Below, piece by piece: positions 55,092 to 64,000 of a stretch of 64,000 nt of DNA (position 1 is its first letter; each line of letters begins with the position of its first letter). Under the pieces are notes generated by a model. It did no database searches. It was not told the DNA's origin and saw only the letters and a program-made list of their open reading frames with translations. The DNA lies in assembly GCA_964016885.1 (NCBI GenBank), contig OZ024746.1, positions 48,856,001-48,920,000 on the forward strand, written 5' to 3'. The position numbers and the translations under genes were made by a program. The DNA comes from Eledone cirrhosa. Its lineage: Eukaryota.

Positions 55092-55697
55092 GGTGGCTGC
55101 CAACTCGTTTTCGAGTATGGCCACTACTTTATATCCATGTAGGAGAACCCTACTGATGCGCTGAACGAGTGTGACTTTCTAGTCCAGCCAGCGACTAGAA
55201 AACTCTGGTACAAACACTACCCTTGTGACAATTATTGACACATAGTGCTGGTCCCATGGTACCATATGATCACAAGTGCAGAGAGATCTCCAGATATAAA
55301 GCAATACCTTTGTCGTGAAGCTTTTATAGTGAGCAAAGGCACTGCACAAAGCCAGTCCCACTCTCTTAACCAAGATGATATTTACCAAAAGGGAGAACAA
55401 GTCAACATCATTGGATACCATCAGTGTTGCAGGTGTTATATCAGAGTTTTCCTTCTCCTAGAATTCTGCCTTGACAAAGGTTAAGGGGTTATCTGTCCCG
55501 GTGATTTTGGATGGCCATTGACTCTTAAGAGCTCCTTTGTCTTTGACAGGTTTTGTGTTTAGTCCTGCAGGATGTCCAAAGTCACCCCCCTCACCAAGAA
55601 ACCTTGGTGGGGTTGTCAGTTTAGTCGCCAACGACCCGACCATGAGACAGGTTGTACTGGGATACATGTTACCAGTAGCACCAACCAGTGACCTGAC
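55092..55697 (-). mobile_element. Non-autonomous RTE derivative (putative RTE 5' region joined to the RTE 3' end)
   Basis: 55092-55275 matches RTE 3' end 104-285; the remainder is non-coding and not seen in the truncated autonomous copy. Confidence 0.72.
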
Positions 55698-55746
55698 ATA
55701 ATATATATGCATATATATATACATATATATATATATAACTATTTTC

Positions 55747-55806
<60 letters not shown>

Positions 55807-55834
55807 CCCATTTGCAACTCCGCAGCGCCCTTAT

Positions 55835-55898
<64 letters not shown>

Positions 55899-55914
55899 GT
55901 GTGTGTGTGTGTGT

Positions 55915-55934
55915 GTGTTACACCTCTATTCTTT

Positions 55935-55990
<56 letters not shown>

Positions 55991-56886
55991 ATATATATAT
56001 TTAAAAGAATAGAGGTGTAACACACAAGTTATTATATATTGGTAAACGGAATAGAAAATGCTGACAAATTGTTGACAGTGAAAAATAGTTTCATTAGGAA
56101 TAAATGAGAACTAGTAATTGTATTGGTTAGTATTCAGTTTTGGTTTTCAGTTTTACCGGTTGTGCATTTCTAATGCTTTTCAAAAATAATTTTGAGATAG
56201 AGCGTCAGTCATGTTTGCTCTGATCTGATTAGTTTTGGGATTTCTACCTGTTTTTATGTTAAAAAAAGTGGCTCCCAGCGATATTAAAATAAGTTTTGCG
56301 CCAATTCGTGTTTCAAAAATTTTTTGTGGTCAAAACAATTTGTGATTGGTCGGTAGAGGTCATGTGAATGTAAAAAATTGATTTTTGCGAAACAATACTG
56401 TATATCATTTCACACCTTTTATTATTAAGGTTTTTGATGTTCTATTGAGATAATCGATTTTAACTGAAAATTTTCGAATAATGTACACCATTTTACCATG
56501 AAAAAAATACTGGTCCACCCACACACACACACACACACATTCTCACACACACATACACACATATATACACACACACATACACACGCGTACATTAACATAC
56601 AAAGAGACTTATACACACACATACACAAACACTTCTCCGTATAGAGCTGAAAAATATCTTTTAACATGTTAAAATATCCCCCACTCACTTACAGACACAT
56701 TCCTACTGATCATCTCTCTACCACGAATTACTCTGCTACACACACCCACCCACACCCACACACACACTTCTCCGTATAAGACAAGAGCTGAAAAATATCT
56801 TTTAACATGTTAAAATAATCCCTCACTCACTTACAGACACATCCTACTGACCATCCCTCTACACGAATTACTCTGCTATACACACA

Positions 56887-56932
<46 letters not shown>

Positions 56933-57435
56933 TCTTAATAGGCATTTGAACTGTCAACAGGCTGGGGTTCGCACACACATCCCTGCTGACCATTATCACA
57001 AGAACGAACACTTTACTACTACTACTACACACATATTTGTTGTGAGAGAGTGATTTCTCAGTCAGCCGACACAAACCTACATTTGGCGCAAAATCAATTT
57101 TTTACATTCCCATGACCCTCTACGACCAATCAAAATTGTTTTGACCACAAGAATTTTTTGCAACACGAATTTGGCGCTAAACTTATTTTAATACCGCTGG
57201 AGCCACTTTTTTAACATAAAAACAGGTAGAATTCCAAAACTAATCAGATCAGAGCAAACATGACGGACGCTCTATCTCAAAATTATTTTTGAAAAGCATT
57301 AGAAATGCGCAATCGGTAAACTTAAAACCAAAACTGAATAATAACAAATACAATTACTAATTCTCACTCATTCCTAATTAAACTATTTTTCTACTGTGAA
57401 CAATTTGTCAACATTTTCTATTCCGTTTACCAATT
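55915..57435. mobile_element. Inverted pLTR complex of the 58790-62760 PLE family
   Basis: 56036-56390 is the reverse complement of ~57085-57435; both match 58795-59720 and 62310-62760; tail TGTGTTACACCTCTATTCTTTTAA in both orientations. Confidence 0.82.
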
Positions 57436-57486
57436 ATATATATATAGATCAAATAAGTATGTTTTGAAACAGTGAGCAGGTTTGAA

Positions 57487-57650
57487 ATTAGAAAATAGAA
57501 TAGCTTTCACCGTATTTTTTACTAAAGGAATTTTTAGCCTGATAATGGTGTTTAGAACCCTCAGATAAATGGAATGAAGGTTCTAAAACCCCATTATCAG
57601 GCTGAAATTCCTTTAGTCAAAAATACGGTGAAAGCTATTCTATTTCTAAT
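57487..57650. repeat. ~160-bp fold-back palindrome
   Basis: AATAGAATAGCTTTCACCGTATTTTT...AAAAATACGGTGAAAGCTATTCTATT. Confidence 0.85.
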
Positions 57651-57756
57651 ATATTATATATATATATAATTGTTTCTATAATATATATATATAAAATATA
57701 TATAATTGTTTCTACTTTAGGTACAAGGCCAGCAATTATCCAGTGCATTACTGGTA

Positions 57757-57956
57757 NNNNNNNNNNNNNNNNNNNNNNNNNNNNNNNNNNNNNNNNNNNN
57801 NNNNNNNNNNNNNNNNNNNNNNNNNNNNNNNNNNNNNNNNNNNNNNNNNNNNNNNNNNNNNNNNNNNNNNNNNNNNNNNNNNNNNNNNNNNNNNNNNNNN
57901 NNNNNNNNNNNNNNNNNNNNNNNNNNNNNNNNNNNNNNNNNNNNNNNNNNNNNNNN
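57757..57956. other. Assembly gap (200 N)
   Basis: Run of n. Confidence 1.
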
Positions 57957-57990
57957 CGTACAGTAGTATGCATATATATATATATATATG

Positions 57991-58489
57991 CATACTACTG
58001 TACGTCTGTATACATATATGTATATACGTATACATACATACTTTCATTTAAGTAAGTGCTGTACTAAGAGGGAGAAATGAAATTTCGTTTCATTCCATTT
58101 CAACTTATCGTTTTCGGTGCGCCTGGCCGACTGAACTCACACGATATGAAAATTAGGCTGTTCAGCCGTTAATTTTCATAAGGAAAGTATATACTTTCGA
58201 ACGTTCAACCATCTGGCAGAAGGGTATACGGTACTGATGATAGCTAAGAAGCTTGAATCTAGTACATCGTTCCTGTGTCAGTGTTGAACAAAAAGGTGAC
58301 GTGGTTGCCTTAACACCGTAAGGCATAAATCAGGCTGTCCGTTTGTTTACAAACGGACAAAGCGGACGTTATAATAAACGTCCGCTAAACTGATACGTAC
58401 ATATATATATGTGTACCTGTATGTATATAATATGCATACTACTGTACGTGTGTATACATATATGTATGTACGTATACATACATACTTAC
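57991..58489 (+). mobile_element. Diverged, circularly permuted copy of the 420-bp hammerhead unit, with terminal redundancy
   Basis: Homologous to the reverse complement of 31925-32760 across the monomer junction; CATACTACTGTACG at 57991 and 58435; hammerhead 58228-58270 with GAAA>GAAT. Confidence 0.8.
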
Positions 58490-58789
58490 ATATATATATA
58501 TATATATATATACATACATTCACACACATGTATGTGGTATGTGGCTGCAAGTGTGTATTGAATTGGCACGTGTTCCTATTTGTGTATAAACATATACAAA
58601 GATGAATATATTGGTTGGCAAAAAGATAGGATGCAAGAGACGCTGATTCAACGATGATAAATATCTATATTCCAATTGATGATGATATTTTGACTTGCAT
58701 CTATGTCTACACACACACACACATATACATTTTCTATTCCGTTTACCAATATATAATAACTTGTGTGTTACACCTCTATTCTTTTAACT

Positions 58790-59297
58790 ATATATATTGG
58801 TAAACGGAATAGAAAATGCTGACAAATTGTTCACAGTGAAAAATAGTTTAATTGGGAATAAGTGAGAATTAGTAATTGTATTGGTTAGTAATCAGTTTGG
58901 TTTTAAGTTTTACCGGTTGCCCATTTCTAAATGCTTTTCAAAATAATTTTGAGATAGAGCGTCCGTCATGTTTGCTCTGATCTGATTAGTTTTGGGAATT
59001 CTACCTGTTTTTATGTTAAAAAAGTGACTCCAGCGCTATTAAAATTGTTTTTTTGCGCCAATTCGTGTTGCAAAAATTCTTGTGGTCAAAAGAATTTTGA
59101 TTGTCGGTAGAGGTCATGTGAATGTAAAAAATTGATTTTGCGCCAAATGTAGGTTTGTGTCGGCTGACTGAGAAATCACTCTCTCACAACAAATATGTGT
59201 GTAGTAGTAGTAGTAAAGTGTTCGTTGTTGTGATAATGGTTAGCAGGGATGTGTGTGCGAACAGCAGCCTGTTGACAGTTCAAATGCCTATTAAGAA

Positions 59298-59372
<75 letters not shown>

Positions 59373-62300
59373 TGTGTGTGTGTATATAAGAGTAATTGGT
59401 GGTAGAGGGATGGTCAGTAGGAATGTGTCTGTAAGTGAGTGAGGGATATTTTAACATGTTAAAAGATATTTTTCAGCTCTTGTCTTATACGGAGAAGTGT
59501 GTGTGTATGTGTGTGTATAAGTCTCTTTGTATGTTAATGTACGCGTGTGTATGTGTGTGTGTATATATGTGTGTATGTGTGTGTGAGAATGTGTGTGTGT
59601 GTGTGTGTGGGTGGACCAGTATTTTTTTCCTGGTAAAATGGTGTACATTATTCGATATTTTCAGTAAAATCGATTCTCTCAATAGAACATCAAAAACCTT
59701 AACAATAAAAGGTGTGAAATGAATATTCACTATATATATATATATACATATATTCACTATACATATATATATATATTTTTTTTGTGTTGCACCATAGAAC
59801 ATGTGTGTTTACGTATGTCATTGTATTTATATGTGGGTATCTATGTTGACGTGTGTATGTTGTGGGTTCGTCTTAGGGAGAAGTGTTTAGACGGGGGTGC
59901 GTATTTGTTAATAAAGTAATATTCCTTGCTGATGCGCTGGGTGTGGTGGCATTATCTTTAAATTTGTAGAGGGGAAAGATTCTGAAGTTGGGATGATTTG
60001 GGCGGCACAGGTATCAATGTGTTCACTCAGTGGTATTTTCCTGTATTCCCGTATTTTAATTGGGATCTATGGACAGTCATGCGTTGGCGGAGGCTGTTTT
60101 TGGTCTGGCCTATGTATTGTTCTCGACAACCTGAGCAAGTTAATACATATATTAGATTTTCCGATGCACATGTGAAATTGTGTTTTACTATAAAATGTTG
60201 TCCTTCTTTGAAATAGAATTCCGAACCCTCTATTAGGTTGATGCAAATGCCACAGTTGGGTCTATCGCATTTTTTTTACTGTGGGTTTCGTTGTTGTGGT
60301 TGGTGGTACTTTGGCATGTGTTAAGATGTTTTTCTTTGATTTAGATTGTCTTTTGCTCTTTATGATATCGTGCGTACGTAGGATTTGGTTCATTCTATGG
60401 TCCTTTTTCAACACAGGGATGTTCTGGAGGATGGTGTCAAAGGCCTCATTGTTGAGGGGGTTGTGTGTGGAGATGTATGGAAGTGCTTTTAGTTTCGGTT
60501 GATTTACTTTAGGGTGTCTAAGGTCCTGGGTACTGAGTTTTAGGGCACGTTGGATTCCATTGTCAATTAGTGATGCAGGGTAGTCCCTGCCTATGAGTGT
60601 GTCCTTTAGTTCTTGTAGCCGTAAGTAGCAGGTGTTTTTATTGGAGACTATAGTACAGATTCTCTTGGCTAAGTTGTAGGGAATATTAATTTTAACGTGT
60701 CTTGGTGGCAAGATTTGAAAGGAAGATATTGCTTGGAGTCTGTGGGCTTGTGGTATCTGTCTGTTTCTATTTTTTTTGTTATGGATCTTAATGAGGATGT
60801 CGAGGAAGGGGAGTTGTTGATGGCTGTATTCCATCGTGAAGTTAATATTCGTGTTGAGCCCATTTATAAGGGTGTGAAATTCTTTAAGTTTCTCGATGAT
60901 TTTGTGCCAAAGGATGAAGCAGTCATCTAGATATCGCTTCCAGTTCCTTTCTATGTGTAAGTGGAGAGTGTTTCCAAATTTGTTTAGGACTTTAGTGTAG
61001 AGGGTGATTTCCAGGTATCCCATGACTAGGTTGGCATAAGTGGGGCTGTTTTCGTTCCCATAGCGGTCCCAGATTTTTGCCTGTAGGGTTTGTTATTGAA
61101 AACGAAGTAATTGTTCTCCAAGATAAATGTGAGACCCTCTATCAATGAAGTTGCTAAGGCGGTGGGTTCGCAAGCGGGGCCTGCTATTTTAGGTCTTAAT
61201 TTGAGATCATTGGGTGAGGGGATATTGATGACTATGTCTGTGGCTTCCTTGCATGCCTTACTTATTAATTCGCTTTTATGTACTTTAGGGATACCGTAGA
61301 AAGGCTGGATTTACTTGTGAAGTCTGTGATGAAGCTGAATTCCTTGTTAGTGAGTCCTTCTTTGTATTGGTTGATCAGAGTTTTTAGGTTTCTCATAATT
61401 TTCTGTTGATTGTAGTGTTCAGCCTTTTCGTAGTATGTTTCGTTTTCCAAAGTGGAGAGCGCTAAGTTGATATAGAATTCTGTCTCCATTAGCACTACTG
61501 TACTCCCTTTATCAGCCTCTTTAATTGTAATGGTTCTGTCGGTTTTTAATCTATTTAATTCTTCCCATTCTTTCTTGTTGAGATTTGGCTTGTGTTTTTG
61601 TCTGTGCAAGTGTTGGTAAGGGAAGTTTGTGATGTGTTCACAGAATTCATCCAGGATTTTATTTTTACCTTTTGATGGGGTGTAATTTGCTTTTATTTCT
61701 GTCTAATGATTCATCCTCATTGTACTGGTCGAATAGTTGTTCACTGAGTCGTAACTTTCTACAGAAGTCTGTGATGTCTTCATTCATTTCATAGTAGTTA
61801 GGACGTAGTGGGGTCGGTGTGAATTTAAGACCTTTGGAGAGTAAGTTGATAAGGTTGGGTGTTGGTTCTGCACTAGTAAGATTGATAATTTTTATTACTA
61901 TCGGTTTCTCCTCCCTGTCTTGTGTTATTTTGTTTGCCTGTATCTGTGTGCTGTGTCTAAAAAATGGTTGGGGTAGAGGGGTTGTCTGCTGATGTTAATT
62001 GGTCTCCTGTGTTTGTTATATTCCTTGTTGTTGTAAAATGTGGTTCGGGTTGGTGGTTGTAGATTGAATGGGGTGTTCCTGTACTGCGAGTATGGGTGTG
62101 TGTTTCTATGTGCCATGTTGTATTGTGGTGTTATAGGTGACCTACTTTGTTGGTTGTATCGTGTGGTGTGGGTTTGTTGTGTATTGTGGAAGCGAGAGTT
62201 GAGAAAATGGAAATTACCTTGCTGTCCCCTTGAAGCGGGGAAGTTGTTACATCTATCATGGTGGTGGTATGTTTTCCCTATGTTTGACGATGAGGCATCC

Positions 62301-62760
62301 GCGTAGTAGCTGTTCGCACACACATGCCTGCTAACCATTATCACAACAACGAATACTTTACTACTCCTACACACACACACACATATTTGTTGTGAAAGAG
62401 TCATTTCTCAGTCTTGAATCAATTTTTTACATTCACATGACCTCTACCGACCAATCAAAATTGTTTTGACCACAAGAATTTTTGCAACACGAATTGGCGC
62501 AAAAAGCCAATTTTAATAGCGCTGGAGCCACTTTTTTAACATAAAAACAGGTAGAATTCCCACAACTAATCAGATCAGAGCAAACATCACGGACGCTCTA
62601 TCTCAAAATTATTTTGAAAAGCATTTAGAAATGCGCAACCGGTAAAACTTAAAACCAAAACTGATTACTAACCAATACAATTACTAATTCTCATTTATTC
62701 CTAATTAAACTATTTTTCACTGTGAACAATTTCTCAGCATTTTCTATTCCGTTTACCAAT
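58790..62760 (-). mobile_element. Penelope-like element (Neptune-like) with inverted 5' pLTR, frameshifted and internally deleted
   Basis: LSKGLKFTPTP, IKEADKGS.VV, GTAMGT, YANLVMG, WKRYLDD, LPFLD, YHKPTD, YIGQT; 62310-62760 inverts 58795-59270. Confidence 0.9.
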
Positions 62761-63214
62761 ATATATATATATATATATATACATAACAACTAGTTATATA
62801 TATGGGTGATTATAGTGAAGTATTCCACTATTACTCTTGGTAAGAAGAGAGAAGCTCAACGCACTGAAATTCTCAGCTCTAAAGGAATTTAAAGATTCTT
62901 AATATATAATATGAAGAGAAACTAGGGTTAACAACTTAAATCCATTCTTTAATTCATATATACGTGATAATAGTACATGCATATATAAAAATGATCCGAC
63001 CGGAAATTAAATTGCAATTGCAATTATTTACACTTGACATAATACATATAACAATTGTATTTCTTCAGAAAATATAAGAAAGAATACAGTTTCCCAAATT
63101 CAGATACGAAGAATAGATCCCATATCAAATTTAAGCATTTAAACAAGACTGTTTATGAAATGCTAGTAAGTTGTAAGAGATTGTGATTATAAGTTGTGGT
63201 AAAAGGTATTACCT

Positions 63215-63362
63215 CGTTAGAGGGTCGGATGACATGCTTTCCACATAGAGTTCAATTCCCACCGAGGTTAACTTTGCCTTTCATCCTTACGGGATCGATA
63301 AAATAAAGTACCAGTAATGCACTGGTATAATTGCTGGCCTTGTGCCAAAAGTAGAAACAATT
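63215..63362 (+). mobile_element. tRNA-derived SINE
   Basis: GAGTTCAATTCCC..GAGGTTAACTTTGCCTTTCATCC..GATAAAATAAAGTACCAGT..GTAGAAACAATT. Confidence 0.85.
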
Positions 63363-64000
63363 ATCAATCAAGTTATTATATATTTTATCTAGCCAGCAAC
63401 AAATATTCTTCTAGCTCTATAGGGAATAATAACAATAATATTATATATATATATATATATACACACAAGGCAAAATGTTCATCATCAGTTGGAATAAATA
63501 TAAATATTAACAATCGGAGAATCATTGTTTCTAACTCTCTCTTATTGCCATCCTATGTATTCATCTTATAGGGCATCTTGAATCATTTTGTCAAAAATTC
63601 CTTTCTCAATTCATACAATTGTTTCATGTGCTCTGTAGGAGATTTCGATGCTATTTCTAAAAGATTATCTCTGCATCGTTGTAATGTAAAACTACAAAAA
63701 AAATAGGAAATACTCTCTTCTGTTTACACCATCAATATTTCATTCAATCTAATGCACTTACAACATTCAATCTAATGCACTAAAACGCCACCTCAGAGTA
63801 TGTAGTAATATTTCGTTTTATATATATAGGTTTTGAAGATTTACTGGTAAGATTCGAAATCAATCTGGCAGAAAATGGCATATGTCATCTACGTTACATA
63901 ACATTCCTTAACACATGAATTAAATTGTAGCTTTCTCTATTTCCTAGTTTTCTTTCCCCCTTGTTATTGGTTCTTTACAGCCGCCAGGCACTAATAATAA

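Overview
AT-rich eukaryotic DNA, most likely cephalopod (Octopus-like; inferred from the SINE family, microsatellite load and retroelement mix). It consists almost entirely of retroelements nested in (TA)n, (CATA)n and (CA)n microsatellites. No host gene is confidently supported. Contents: (1) a 5'-truncated RTE LINE with three C-terminal C2H2 fingers, plus two non-autonomous derivatives; (2) R4/Dong-type restriction-endonuclease LINE fragments in (CATA)n; (3) six coding copies of Penelope-like elements (PLE; RT plus C-terminal GIY-YIG) from at least three lineages, with inverted or solo pseudo-LTRs (pLTRs); (4) a recent CsRn1-type Gypsy LTR element (456-bp LTRs, CCCT TSD) inserted in a PLE and carrying a second internal LTR-like unit; (5) many tRNA-derived SINEs. 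The most notable signals are about a dozen minimal type-I hammerhead ribozyme motifs, many in tail-out fold-back palindromes, and a non-coding 420-bp tandem unit with one intact hammerhead per monomer plus a circularly permuted copy elsewhere. The latter is a candidate retrozyme/circular-RNA element. All alignments and folds were done by eye; clade names are tentative.
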